Assembly (NCBI RefSeq): GCF_001194135.2
Contig: NC_068982.1
Coordinates: 37,469,357-37,533,356, forward strand
Length of the DNA: 64,000 bases
Direction of reading: 5' to 3'
Origin: Octopus bimaculoides
Lineage: Eukaryota
Under the pieces are notes generated by a model. That model was given only the letters and a program-made list of their open reading frames with translations, made no database searches and had not been told where the DNA came from. A program made the position numbers and the translations under genes. Position 1 is the stretch's first letter, and each line of letters starts with the position of its first letter. Positions 11,633-24,736 of the stretch are shown here, one piece after another.

Positions 11633-12479
11633 GTATCATCCATTTATATTACATCCATTTGTCAGTAGCATCCACTCTTTTGCAGATATTATTTAGTGTC
11701 TGGTTGATTTTTCAATTTATTTGTACACTTTCCTAAATTAATATTGCAGACTCAGTGGCTTTTTAATCATTCCTTGTCAATTATTGCAAAATTAATTTGT
11801 TTAATGCTCTCATTTCACTACTATACAGCATCACATGCTCCAGCTAGAGACAAGATATGCAATTAGTTTTATACAGAATGAGACAGCGCACATGAATATT
11901 TAGAAGTTGTAGGTTTATATTTTCAGTTTGAGGAGATCTAATAATACCAAAACATGTCCAGAGTTGTCACTGTACTATTACAATCCACTCACTCTCCACT
12001 TCATTGCATGCATTCTATTTTTAAATATTCAACATTTTAGGGTTGTTTCCCCTATATTTCTTGAATAGAATTGATCATTGAGCTAATGATTCTTTCATCT
12101 AACTGTGGATGTAATTTTAATTAAAATTTCTGAGCTTGCTGCATTAAGTTATCACCAATATTATCATTGCTCAAATTGCATCTCACTCCTTGTTCAGCTC
12201 CAGAGAACTTTTTCTATTTTTAATATTCTTTGATTTCTATTTTCTGAGTACTATTTCCATCAGTTTCAAAACAGTTACTTGTTGAATAAAACATTGAGAA
12301 TTAGCTGAATTAATCTGCAATAAATTAGACAAAAATCAATAATTTAAAAAATTTGCCTCTTTAGTAATTTGGATATTTTATTTACAATGTTTTGGGTAGT
12401 GTTGCATTAAATTATATTTAAGTTGGACACATGTACAGGATATACTATTAATTCTTTTCTATATCTTTATTCACATTTT

Positions 12480-12880
12480 GCATCATCATCATCAACATTT
12501 ACCATCCATTTTCCTTACTGACATAGGTTGGAATGCTTGACAGGAACTGGCAAGGCCAGGGCTGCACCAGGTTCCATAGTCTGTTTTGGTTTGGTTTCTA
12601 TGACTGAATGCTCTTCCTAACGCCAAATCACTTTACAGAGTGTACTGGGTGCTTTTTGTGTGGCATCAGCACCACACCAATGCTTTTTATGTTGCACCTT
12701 GGTTTTAGGATCTCGATTCTGTTGTGGTGGGTGGGTGGGTATTCTTAAGTACAGGCAATGCACCACATATCTTGATCCTCTGTCATCTCCTTTGTAAGGT
12801 TCAGCGTTTTGAGATTGACCTTCAATACTTTGTCCTATGTCTTTCTGGGTCTCCTTCTTTCACAACTTCCATCCCCTTCA
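12480..12880 (-). mobile_element. RTE-type 3' tail fragment, decayed
   Basis: CATCATCATCAACATTT.. start, CTTCCTAACGCC core and ORF-end remnant GACCTTCA...CTTCC. Confidence 0.65.
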
Positions 12881-13845
12881 AGTGATTTATTCCTAAAATT
12901 AGTCATTTATATGTTAGTAAACCTTTTTGTTTTTCAACATTACAGTAAATTATTAACCATCTATTGTGTTGTGTTCTCTCTATCTTTTTTATGATCACTA
13001 TAAGTGTCTTTACTCTTTGTAAGCTGGTAATCATTTCTCCTTTGTCAAAACCCACTTCTTTAGACTTGTAAACAAGCTTAATTCTGCTTTCTCTGTATTA
13101 TAATCTTCTGGAACCCATTCTTTGCACATGTTTTCATTCAAAATATTAGCTAGAAGTGCAAACTGAATTTCAACAGCATAATCTCACCAGTCTGAGAAAG
13201 TTGACTAAGAATATGGGCGGTATTGCTGGTTTTCAAATGAACTGAAAGAAAAATTGTAAACCTTCAGCAGAATTTGTCAGCATAGCATATAATACACACC
13301 AATTATTTAAGATAATTCACCTTGATTTTAAAGTTAGGGAAACTAGGTAATTGAAAGTAGAATGCTTTGTCCATGAACCCATGCAATGCTGATAGTAGAC
13401 TCTTTAACAGGTAGTCTGGTACCTTCTCAAATTAATCATCATTTTGCTCACATCTATTGTAAGATTTATCATACTCCTAAAATTTTTTCTGTTTTTTATA
13501 TTTTTTGAAATATTTGATTGTTATATACATGTATATATACACGCATACAGGTGTAGGGTTTTTCATTTAGTGCTGCTCAATATCCAAAATGTCAAGGAAG
13601 TTTACTACTGAGACTAAATGTATGATACATAACACCTTTCACATCAGCTTCTTTTTCTGTTAGATCTTTTTACAGCCTCTGTGAATTAATTATAAGCTTA
13701 TGGGGAGTCATTGCTGTGTAACTGTTTTCAAATTTGTCAATGATGTGCTTCCATAAATGTTTTCTCATCTCTTTAGTGCTTTTAGCATTAACACTGTTCA
13801 TACATATTAAGCATCTGTTATGAGTAACTGCACAGCATTAGCAGT

Positions 13846-16115
13846 ATCATCATCATCGTCGTCGTTTAACGTCCGCTTTCTATGCTGGCATGGGTTGGAC
13901 AGTTTGACTGAGGACTGGCGAGCCAGAAGGCTGCACCAGGCTCCAATCTGATCTTGCAAAGTTTCTACAGCTGGATGCACTTGCTAACACCTACCACTCT
14001 GAGAGTATAGTGGGTGCTTTTACGTGCCACCGGCATGAGGGCCAGTCAGGTGGTACTGACAGTGACCATGCTCAAAAGGTATTTTCTAAGTGCCACCTGC
14101 ACGGGAGCCAGTCTGGCGACACTGGCAATGACCATGCTCAAATGTTATTTTTCACGTGCCATCGACACATGTGCCAGTAAGGCGACACTGGCAATGATCA
14201 CGCTCAAATGGTGCTTTTTATGTGCCACCGGCACGGGAGCCAGTCAGTGGCCCTGGCAACGATCATGCCCAGATGGTGCTTTTAATGGTGTTCCACTGGC
14301 ATGAGTGCCAATCAGGCAGTACTGTTATTGGTCACGTCAGCGATTTTGATTTCACTTACCTCAACAGGTCTTCGCAAGCAAAGTTTATTGTCCAATGAAT
14401 GAAGGGTACTCATAAGTGGGCTGGTTATACACCACTGGCATAGGCCACAGGTTATGGTCACACTTGGTTTGCAGGGTCTTCTCAAGCACAGCATATCTCC
14501 AAAGGTCTCGGTCACTAGTCATTGCCTTGGTGAGGTCCAATGTTCAAAGGTCATGCTTCACCACCTCATCCCAGGTCTTCCTGTGTCTACCTCTTCCACA
14601 GGTTCCCTCAACTGCTAGGGTGTGACACTTTTTGCACACAGCTGTCCTCATCCATTCACAGCACATGACCATACCAGCGCAGTCGTCTCTTTTATACACC
14701 ACATCTAATGCTTCTTAAGTCCAACTTTTCTCTCAGGACGCTTACACTCTGTCTTGTATGCACACTGTATTACACATCCAGCGGAACATACTGGCTTCAT
14801 TCCTTGCAAGCTTACGCATGTCCTCAGCAGTCACAGCCCGTGTTTCACTGCCATGTAGCATAGCTGTTCGTACACATGCGTCATACAGTTTACCTTTTAC
14901 TCTGAGCGAGAGACCCTTTGTCACTAACAGAGGTAGGAGCTCTCGGAACTTAGCCCAAGCTATTCTTATTCTAACAGCTACACTTTCAGAGCATCCACCC
15001 CCACTACTGACTCGGTCATCTAGGTAATGGAAGCTATCAACTACTTGTAGTTTTTCTCCTTGGAATGTGACAGAAGCTGTTCTCTGCACATTTTCAGTGT
15101 TTATTGCTCCTGAGGTATTTGCCACGTACAAAAACTATCTTTCCAGTTAGCCTTCCTTTGATATTGCTGCACCTCTTATGTGTTCATAGCTTACACTGAG
15201 TACTTCTTATGGAGTTTCTAGCAACGCCTTTTCTACAGATTGAGCAGGGCCATCTACCTTAAGGGATTTGTGGTTTGTCTGCCTTCCTACTTATTAAGAC
15301 TTTGGTTTTAACTAGGTTGACTCTAAGGCCCTTCAATTCTAATCCATGCTTCCACACCTGAAACTTCTTTAGTTCTAATAGTGATTCAGCAATTAGAGCA
15401 AGGTCATCAGCATAGAGGAGCTCCCTGGGGCATCCTGTCTTGAATTCCTCTGTTATTGCCTGGAGGACTATGATGAATAAGAGGAGGCTGAGTACTGATC
15501 CTTGGTGGACCCTACCCCTACCCGGAATTCTTCACTATACCCGTTGCCAACCCTTGCCTTACTGACAGCATCCCTGTACATGGCTTGCACAGCTCCCACT
15601 AACCAATCATCTATCCCTAGTTTCCTTATTGACCTCCAGATAAGAGATCAGGAGACCCTGTCAAAGGCTCTCTCCATGTCAATGAAAGCCAGGTACAGAG
15701 GTTTATCTTTGGCTAGGTATTTCTCCTGCAACTGTCTTACCAGAAATATAGCATCAGTGGTGCTTTTCCCTTGGTACAAACCCAAACTGCATCTCATCTA
15801 GGCTGACTCTCTCCCTAATTAGTTGGGTTATGACCCTCTCCGTGACTTTCATTACCTGATCCAACAACTTGATACCTCTGTAATTATTTGTATCTAATGC
15901 GTCACCTTTACCTTTGTAGCAGTTGGCTATGGTGCTGCTACACCAGTCATTGGGTATGACTCCTTCATGTATCACCTGGTTGACTATACAGGTGACTAGG
16001 CTATAGCTGACACTGCCAGATATTTTGAGCATCTCTGCAGTGATTCCTGATGGGCCAGGGACTTTCCTTGTCTTCATACCCTTAATTGCTTTATCTACCA
16101 AGGTAGTATGTATCA
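13846..16115 (-). mobile_element. RTE LINE with reverse-transcriptase core, frameshifted
   Basis: Reverse strand: NNYRGIKLL, MQFGFVP, VHQGSVLSPLLF, LLYADDLAL, then FHYL..RVSSGGG, LHGSET; five-unit 3' UTR repeat; (GAT)n tail. Confidence 0.93.
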
Positions 16116-16919
16116 ATAGAGTAAATCATCAATAAAAGACCTTATTGAGACTGTTGGTAAATATATTTTGACATTAAAAATATTTACTTAGAAATTATAC
16201 ACATGCACGCATATATAAATATGCATCAATAAGAAAGAAAAAAACTTGAGTAGGTGTACTTGTGTATGCATGTAACCAAACATAAAAACACTATTATAAA
16301 TACAAGGTAGATACATGTATTTGTATTTTTTATATACTTGTATTTACACTTTCACACATATTTATTATTACTATTTTATGTGTCCACATGCAATGTAATG
16401 TTTCATAAATTTTCAATAATTACAAGCAAATATACACTGTTACACAGATATGCATACTTACCACTCTGTATGCAGAATAATTTCTGCCTTTATGACTCTT
16501 TAATTCATTCTGCTGCTGAACTCACATCACATGAGTTTAAAAGCTTTTAAGTACTAGTATATATAATGATATTGAAAGACAGTGGAAATTGAACCTCACA
16601 TCAAAATAGTAATCATTTGTTGAATTATATACTGAATTCTAAGCATTAGCAGTTATAAGGAGAAATATACATTTTATATTTAATAACTTACGTTTGTAGT
16701 GTTTTTTGGGGTAGGTACTGTCCACCTTGCTTACCCAAACATCACATTTCTAATGTTCTTATAGTTATTACAAATATTTTACAACTCCCAGTTTCCAGAA
16801 CATTCTATTTCATAAACTTCTGGTCCCTAACTCACTTGAAATATAGTTTCTGCCCTCAAACATACCAAGGATATAGAGTGTTTGGACATACACACATACA
16901 TGTGTATATATGTGTGTAT

Positions 16920-17090
16920 ATATAATGGCCAAGTGGTTAAGAAGTTCACTTCACAATCATGAGGTCTTAGTTTCAATCCCACTGCATGACATGTTGGGTA
17001 ATTGTCTTTGACCATATCCTCAGGTCATCTCAAGCTTTGTGAATGAAATTGAGCAGATAAAGTCTGAGTGTATGGAAGCTTGTCAGATGG
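16920..17090 (+). mobile_element. SINE head, diverged
   Basis: GGCC.AGTGGTTAAGAAG...TTCAATCCC...AAGCTTTGTGAATGAAATT pattern. Confidence 0.55.
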
Positions 17091-19054
17091 ACTGTACCTG
17101 TAATTCAAAAGGCCATCTTGTCTGAGTATTATGTTAAGGTACATATGTGCATGGAATACTCTGCCACTTACTTGCTATATCAATGAGTAGGCAGTTCACT
17201 TGATTGAACAAAAAGAATATTCATTGTCAAAATTGAGTGATACATTTACTTCTCAATTTACTCTTATTTACCTACCTATCTCCCTAAACCTTCTTAACTT
17301 ACCTACTACTTCCTTCCTTTGTGGGTTATTTAGGTACACCCACATATATAGAGGAAACTGTTTATTGTGACAGGATGGAATCTTTTAGATAACAACCAGC
17401 TGATAACATTAACTAAAAGATATAAGAATGTTCTGAGCATGTTTGGGACCCTCTAATTTTGATAACAATAACCCTGAGTATGAAAGGTGACTCAGCTCTA
17501 CTTTCCCTAACAGATCAAGAAAATTGTATCACACTTTTATTTCATAGCTGAGAGTTAATAATATGAAAGCCATCTAAACATGAAAATAATTATCCCAACA
17601 AAAATACAAAAAATACACACAATATACATGCAAACCAAGGGTAAAAATGGATATAAATGCAAAAAGAATTGGATATAAAACTGTGTTTATGAAAGTAGAG
17701 TATAATTTGAGTGAGATTTGTCTGTAAATCATATTAAAGTCATATAAAAAATAATGTGATAAATATACATGTATATATTATTGTTTTACCGCTTCTAGGT
17801 ATTCAAATTATTCATATGTAAGAAAAAAAAAACATGATTAAATATCTGGAACAGAAAGTTGATATATGTAATGCATATGATAGAGATTTCTCTTAAGTCA
17901 TTCTGTTGTTAGAGTGGTAGCTAAGCAGAGCAGAAGAGGCAAGTAGTTGTGGGCTCTGTCTTTCCTACCTGATTAAACAGTAAAAAAAAAAAATCTATAA
18001 CAAAGAAGTCAATTTTCAAGGAAACTGAAAATGGACTCTTTGAATATACAAGATAGAAAAATAAAATGTGTGATGGTGTCTGCAAAAAGTTCTAAAAAAC
18101 CCATGGAAGATAGCATGAGAGTCCATAAAACTTTAGTACTTGTAAAAGTTATTCTGATAAACTTATGGAACAACCTACTAAGGGCAAAAGACCAAATTTA
18201 TGATTAGTACAAAGTCCTGGTCAGACTGAGGTGATATAGTGGGGAATTAGTCGAGATGAGATGCAGTTTGGTTTTGTGCCAGGGAGAGGCATTATAGATG
18301 CCATTTTTCTTGTAAGACAGCTGCAGAAGTATTTAACTAAAAGCAAGTCATTGTACTTGGCATTTGTTGGCCTGGTGAAAGCTTCTTCCTTACTCTCATT
18401 TGATGGCCTCTGAAGAAGCTAGGAGTAAACGAAAGGCTTGTGAGAACCATACAAGCCATGTATAGGAGTGCTGTTAGTAAGGTGTGAGTTAGTAACATGT
18501 AGAACAACAAATTTAGTGTACAGTTTGGAGTTTTCATAATCACATAAAAGAAGGTTAATTGGAAAGTAGACTTTGATTTTGGCAGATGTGGTTGGGCAAT
18601 AAACATTAAGAACACACAATAGATTCTCTCAAATGCCCAGGAAGTTTCCTAGAAGTAGTACATAATTTCTGTTACTTAGGGGGTCCTGATTAGCAGTGGA
18701 GGAAGAAATTCTGAAAGTATGGTTACTAGAATAAGAAGAGGATAGAGAAAATTCAAAGAGTTATTACCTCTTTAGGTAACAAAAGGTCTCTCCCTCAGAG
18801 TGAAAGGCATATTGAACAATGCTTGTGTATAATTAACAATGTCACATGATAGTGAGATGTGTGATCTGAAGCCAGAGGACATGTGAAGATGAGAAAAGAA
18901 TGAACCTAGTATATTCTGATGGGTGTGCAGGTACAACAAAGTATAAATGTGTTGAGGTTGAGATTTTGGACATAAGAAGAAACATATTGTGAGAGAAGAC
19001 TGCACTCATTGGTATGGATGATGACAATTGTATAAAGAAATGCTGATTACTTAA

Positions 19055-19265
19055 CCCTTTAGCATTCAGATTACCGTCAAATTTTTAATATATTTAAATT
19101 CACTTAGTCGCAGGAGTGATTGTGTGGTTAGAAGCTTGCTTCCCAACCACATAGTTCCGGGTTCAATCTCACTGTGTGGCACTTTGGGTAAGTGTCTTCT
19201 ACTATAACCTCAGACCGACCAAAGCCTTGTGGATTTGGTAGATGTAAACTGAAAGAAGCCCATCT

Positions 19266-19307
<42 letters not shown>

Positions 19308-19745
19308 NNNNNNNNNNNNNNNNNNNNNNNNNNNNNNNNNNNNNNNNNNNNNNNNNNNNNNNNNNNNNNNNNNNNNNNNNNNNNNNNNNNNNNNNNNNNN
19401 NNNNNNNNNNNNNNNNNNNNNNNNNNNNNNNNNNNNNNNNNNNNNNNNNNNNNNNNNNNNNNNNNNNNNNNNNNNNNNNNNNNNNNNNNNNNNNNNNNNN
19501 NNNNNNNNNNNNNNNNNNNNNNNNNNNNNNNNNNNNNNNNNNNNNNNNNNNNNNNNNNNNNNNNNNNNNNNNNNNNNNNNNNNNNNNNNNNNNNNNNNNN
19601 NNNNNNNNNNNNNNNNNNNNNNNNNNNNNNAACAACCCACATAAACACTAACATCTGTATCACTCTTAACCTTACACTGATACAGTGTAAGGTTAAGAGT
19701 GATACAGATGTTAGTGTTTATGTGGGTTGTTCTTCGGATAAGATT

Positions 19746-19782
<37 letters not shown>

Positions 19783-20196
19783 ATATATATATATATATGT
19801 GTATATATATGTATATATATGTATGTGTTTGTCCCCACCACCTTCACTTTGACAACTGATGTTGTTGTTTTTATGTTCCCGTAACTTAGCGGTTTGGCAA
19901 AAGAGACCGATAGAGTAAGTACTAGGCTTACAAAGAATAAGTCCTGAGGTTGATTTGTTTGACTAAAGGCAGTGCTCCAGTATGGCCGCAGTCAAATGAC
20001 TAAAACAAGTAAAAGAGTAAAGAGTATAATTTTGAATTAATGATACAGTATCTTGTAACTTTGAGATTTCAGTGAGTTGATTGTATATTTTTAGAATGAC
20101 ATTGTAGGGTAAGTACAAGAGGCCAAATTTTGACAGTTTGAACATAAAACTGGTAGAATATTCAGGTCGGATATGGCTAGTTTAAATGCTAAAGTG
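19055..20196. mobile_element. piggyBac-like MITE containing a SINE
   Basis: TTAA at 19051-19054 and 20197-20200; ends CCCTTTAGCA and TGCTAAAGTG; internal sequence is the reverse of the copy at 91-315. Confidence 0.85.
19110..20024 (+). mobile_element. SINE family A, full length with expanded microsatellite middle and N gap
   Basis: Head 19110-19265, (AT)n, gap 19308-19630, tail 19830-20024. Confidence 0.85.
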
Positions 20197-20919
20197 TTAA
20201 AGTGGCTAGAACTTGTATAAGAGGGAGACTCAGGAAGACATGGGATGAAGTAGTGAAGGCTGATCTCAAGATATTGAGTCTTATGGAAGAGGTAACAAAA
20301 GACTGAGATCATAGATGTTTTGCTGTGCTCAAGGAGACCTGTCCATCATAACAAAAGTGAACTTCTAAAAGTGTTATGTTAATGACTGCACTCATTGTCC
20401 CTGCTCTTGCAACCAATCTGTTCCTCTCAAGCTCTCTCCATCTCTCATATCATCCCTCCATCTCTCATATCATCCCTCCATCATGCTTCTAACAGTGACA
20501 CTATTCAGCTGCTGTAATCAGATGACAGCAGAATCAGCATATGTTTTATCCCTTTTTTTGAAGTTGTTACCTCTCTCAAAAAGACACCTTAGAAGTTAAA
20601 TGGGTGGTTAAGTAATTAGCTCAATGTAAGATTTGTTTTCTTTGCAAAAAATAAAGCAATTAGCTCATTGTAATTTTTTTAAATAAATTTTAGACTTTTC
20701 TTTCATACTACTACATGTTAGATATTATATGATAATGGGAAATCATTATAAGTGTTTTAACTTCAAAAGTGAAAACAAAACCATCATACCACTATGATAT
20801 CTGACAGATCTACACTTTCAGTATTACAGATAAGATTCTTAAAATAATACATAAACATTATGACCCTACATATGAAATGCTTCACTGACAAAAGTCTTTT
20901 AGAAATTTTTTAATATATA

Positions 20920-21086
20920 GGAGCAGGTGTGGCTGTGTGGTGAGAAGCTTGCTTTCCAACCACATGGCTCTAGGTTTAATCTCACTACGTGGCACCTTGG
21001 GCAAGTGTCTTCTTGTGTAGTCCTGGGCTGACTAAAGTTTTGTCAGTAGGTTTGGTAGACAGAAACTGAAAGAAACCTGTTGTGTA
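20920..21086 (+). mobile_element. SINE family A head
   Basis: GGAGCAGGTGTGGCTGTGTGG...GGCACCTTGGGCAAGTGTCTT...AAACTGAAAGAAACC. Confidence 0.85.
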
Positions 21087-22352
21087 TCATCATTGTTTAA
21101 CGTCTGTTTTCCATGCTGGCATGAGTTGGACGGTTTGACTGAGGTCTGGAGAGCCAGCGGCTGCACCAAGCTCCAATCTGATCCGGCAATGTTAGGATGC
21201 CCTTCCTAACACCAACCACTCCGAGAGTGTAGTGAGTTCTTTTTATGTGCTACCAGCACAGAAGCCAGTCAGGTGGGCCTGGCATCGATCATGTTCGGAT
21301 AGTGCTTTTTATGTGCTACCAGTATGGGGTACTAGCATAGGCCATGTTTGGATGGTGCTTTTTACATGTCACCGGCATGGGAGCCAATTGGCATCAGCCA
21401 CATTCAGATGGTGCTTTTTACATGTCACCAGCACAGGGACCAGTCAGGTGGTCCTGATGTTGATCACGTTTGGATAGTGCTTTTTATGTGCCACCAGCAT
21501 GGGAGCCAGTCAGGGGGTACTAGCATCGGCTACATTTGGATAGTGCTTTTTATGTGCCACCGGTATGGGAGCCAGTCAGGAGGCACTGGCCACAACTACA
21601 ATATTAGTTTTACTTGATTCAACAGGTCTTCTCAAGCATATCATATCGCCCAACGCATAAGGAGTATTCTTAACTGGGTTGGACATGCATAGCTGCAATC
21701 TGACTTTAGTTGCCGGGTCTTCTCAATCGCAGCATATTTCCAAAGGTCTTGGTCTCCTGTCATTGCTTCTGTGAGGCCCAATGTTTGAAGGTCATGCTTC
21801 ACCACCTTATTCCATCTCTTACTGGGTCTACCTCTTCCACAGGTTCGTTCCACACTAAGGAAGTGGCACTTCCTCACACAGCTGTCCTCATCTATACATA
21901 ACACATGACCATACCAGCGCAGTCGTCTTTCTTGCACACCACATTTGATGCTTCTTATGCCCAACTTTTCTATCAGGGCTCTTACACTCTGTAGTGTATG
22001 CACACTGACATTACACATCCAGCGAATCATACTAGCTTCATTTCTTTCAAGCCTACACATATCCTCTTTAGTCATGGCCCATGTTTCACTGCAATGTAGC
22101 ATGGCAGTTCACACACATGCATCATACAGTCTACCTTTCATCCTGAGCGAGAGGCCTTTTCCTGCCAGCAGAGGTAGGAGCTCCCTGAACTTTACCCAGG
22201 ATATTCTTATTCTAGCTGCTACATTCTCAGAGCAACCATGCCTAGGTAGTGGAAGCTATTGACTACTTCTAGTTTCTCCCCCTGGCATGTGATGGAATCT
22301 GTTTTCTGTACATCTTCAGTGTTTATTGCCCCTGTGCATCTGCCACACACAA
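21087..22352 (-). mobile_element. RTE LINE, 5'-truncated, with six-unit 3' UTR repeat
   Basis: ORF 21641-22102(-) MLHCSETW...RRLRWYGHV; tail (CAT)n. Confidence 0.92.
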
Positions 22353-22353
22353 A

Positions 22354-22397
22354 AACCCTAACTCTAAAACCCGAACCCTAACCCTAAAGCTAAAACC
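22354..22397 (+). repeat. Degenerate telomere-like (CCCTAA)n tract at the head of a dispersed repeat (to about 22860)
   Basis: AACCCTAACTCTAAAACCCGAACCCTAACCCTAAAGCTAAAACC. Confidence 0.7.
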
Positions 22398-22867
22398 AGT
22401 ACAAACGCACGAACGATGTCATTAATAACAGTACTGCCGATAGTTGTTGTTGACAAACAACGGCACTAATTTTATTCAAGGGAAAAGATCCCATTACACT
22501 GCCACAACGTGTTGTTTACAAACCACAGTAGTAATTGTTTTCACCTCAATAAATGTCAGTGATTGGTCGAAATTACCGAAATACGACAACTTTAACACGA
22601 AATAACTTAAAAAATTAAACTTTTCTCAACAACACTAAGAATAAAAGATGTTTTATTTGACACATTCTACCGGTGTCCCAAGTGTGAAAGTGTTTCATTA
22701 GAAAACAAATGGTGTCCGCCAAATCAGAAAGATCCGAAAAATAGTATGATAGATGTAAAACAACTTGCTCTGAATGAATATGAAAAAAAAAACACGCGCT
22801 CGCGAAAGTGGGTGGGGAGAGGTCTTGGAACATTCACATTGTCACACATCATCAGTTCATGGCCTCT

Positions 22868-23238
22868 AAACTATAGTGTTTGACTCGAGCTCAAAAATGA
22901 AAAAAAATTAGTGTAATAGGTGTAAAACAAATTGCTGGGAACGAATATGAAAAAAAATGCGCTCTTGCGAACGAGGAGGGGGCTTGAAACATTCTCATCC
23001 TGANNNNNNNNNNNNNNNNNNNNNNNNNNNNNNNNNNNNNNNNNNNNNNNNNNNNNNNNNNNNNNNNNNNNNNNNNNNNNNNNNNNNNNNNNNNNNNNNN
23101 NNNNNNNNNNNNNNNNNNNNNNNNNNNNNNNNNNNNNNNNNNNNNNNNNNNNNNNNNNTATTCGTTCCCAGCAAGTTGTTTTACACCTATTACACTAGTT
23201 TTTTTTCGTTTTTGAGCTCGGGTCAAACGCTTTAGTTT
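22868..23238. mobile_element. MITE-like element with about 80-bp terminal inverted repeats, centre in an N gap
   Basis: 22868-22947 versus 23159-23238 are reverse complements with few mismatches. Confidence 0.75.
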
Positions 23239-23239
23239 G

Positions 23240-23719
23240 ACCGATTTCATAAACCTGGCTCATCAATCATGGCCGAAGTATACTGCAGCCAACTGGACAA
23301 AATGATGCAGAAACTTACCAAAGAACAGCCTAGATTAGTCAATAGACCCACTCCTATTTTATTGCAAGACAAAAATGACATTGGCAAAACTACTGGAATT
23401 GGAGTTGGAAGTTCTCCATCATCTACCATACTCATCTGATTTTGCTCCCACTGACTACCACTTCTTCCAGAATGTGGATAACTTTTTAATAGGAAAAAAA
23501 TTTAATTTCAATGATGCTGCAAAACAGGCGTTCCAAGATTTTATTGACTCTAGATTGCCAGGCTTTTACAGTTCCAGGCTGGACAAGCTACCATTGAAAT
23601 GGCAAAAGTGTATTGACAATATGGGTGCATACTTTGATGAATAAAACTATTCCTTGTATTTATAAAAGATTAGCAAACTTTTTTTCTTTTCTACAAATTT
23701 CATACTTGACAACCTAATA
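23240..23719 (+). mobile_element. mariner transposase 3' relic with right TIR
   Basis: HHLPYSSDFAPTDYHFF...KWQKCIDNMGAYFDE; ends CATACTTGACAACCTAATA. Confidence 0.9.
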
Positions 23720-24347
23720 ACAGAAATTTTTGATTACCTTAAGTCAATCAATGCACTTCATTCATGGCTATTTCTACAACTATCTACTGCTATGTGTATA
23801 GACCCACATTGCCAAATATGCTGCCAGAAGAATTAGCTTCTGTTCCAATATAAAAAAACAAAAAAACTATGCACCCTAAATCAATTCCTATTCCTTATAT
23901 TTCCCCCAAATCATTCAATATATGGTGTTATATTGAGATTTTCAATCTGTGATTCTCTGAAGCTTTTTGCTATAAAAATTTTAGATTCCATTCTAAAACT
24001 AATCTACAAAACCTCTTTTATGTTTTCCTTACTTTTTTCCTGCTACTTGTAAAATTCTGTTTTATCAGTGTGAACAATTTGTGCTCATTCCATCATAAAA
24101 AGACTCTGTATATAAGCTCCTGTATTTGCACATAATGAATTCTTATATTTTGTTCATTTGATTTCATGTCTGTTTTTTCCAAACTATCATGGGTTACATA
24201 AGTATATTATTGAGGCAGTGTTTTATAGCCTAATGCCCTTCCTGTTGCTAACTCTTACTTGTTTTTCAAGTAAGAGATCTCTTATTCTGCACATTTTCAA
24301 AAGTGCTGCAAAGCCAGTAATTTTTGGAGAAGCACAAATGTAGACAC

Positions 24348-24379
<32 letters not shown>

Positions 24380-24381
<2 letters not shown>

Positions 24382-24520
24382 GGGCTGCTTTCAGTTTCAG
24401 TCTACCAAATCTACTGAAATCTAAGGTGCTATTTGGCCATGGGCTTACAGTTGAATACGCTTGCCCAAGGTGCTACACAATGGGACCATACCTGAAACTA
24501 TGTGGTTGGGAAGCAGACTT
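24380..24520 (-). mobile_element. SINE family A head
   Basis: GCTTTCAGTTTCAGTCTACCAAAT...CTTGCCCAAGGTGC...TGTGGTTGGGAAGCA is the reverse of the family A head. Confidence 0.75.
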
Positions 24521-24688
24521 ATGAATTAAACAAAAATCGTGGGCAGACAAATAGCTGTGTGAGTAAGATATTTACTCTAATCACATACTTGCTGGTCCAA
24601 TTACATTGCACAGAACATTCGGGAAAGTGTTTTTTCACCATAGCTTTAAAATTTGGTAGACTATGCAGTGTGTGTGTGCGTGTGTATG

Positions 24689-24736
<48 letters not shown>

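Larger units (their letters stand above)
18200..20350 (+). mobile_element. Old RTE LINE (18200-19054 and 20201-20350) split by a MITE
   Basis: GATGAGATGCAGTTTGGTTTTGTGCCAGG RT motif; the sequence either side of the insertion is collinear with the RTE 3' end (AAATGCTGATTACTTAA|AGTGGCTAGAACTTG..AGAGGGAGACTCAGGAAGACATGGG). Confidence 0.8.

Noticed and set aside
21237-21600. CRISPR-like repeat-spacer appearance
   Set aside because: The 'spacers' are homologous to each other, the array is part of a LINE 3' UTR, there are no cas genes and the DNA is eukaryotic.
421-23250. ORF-track entries with long X runs or IY/YI, HT, SL repeats
   Set aside because: Artefacts of N gaps and dinucleotide microsatellites; antisense ORFs over RTE copies are likewise shadows.
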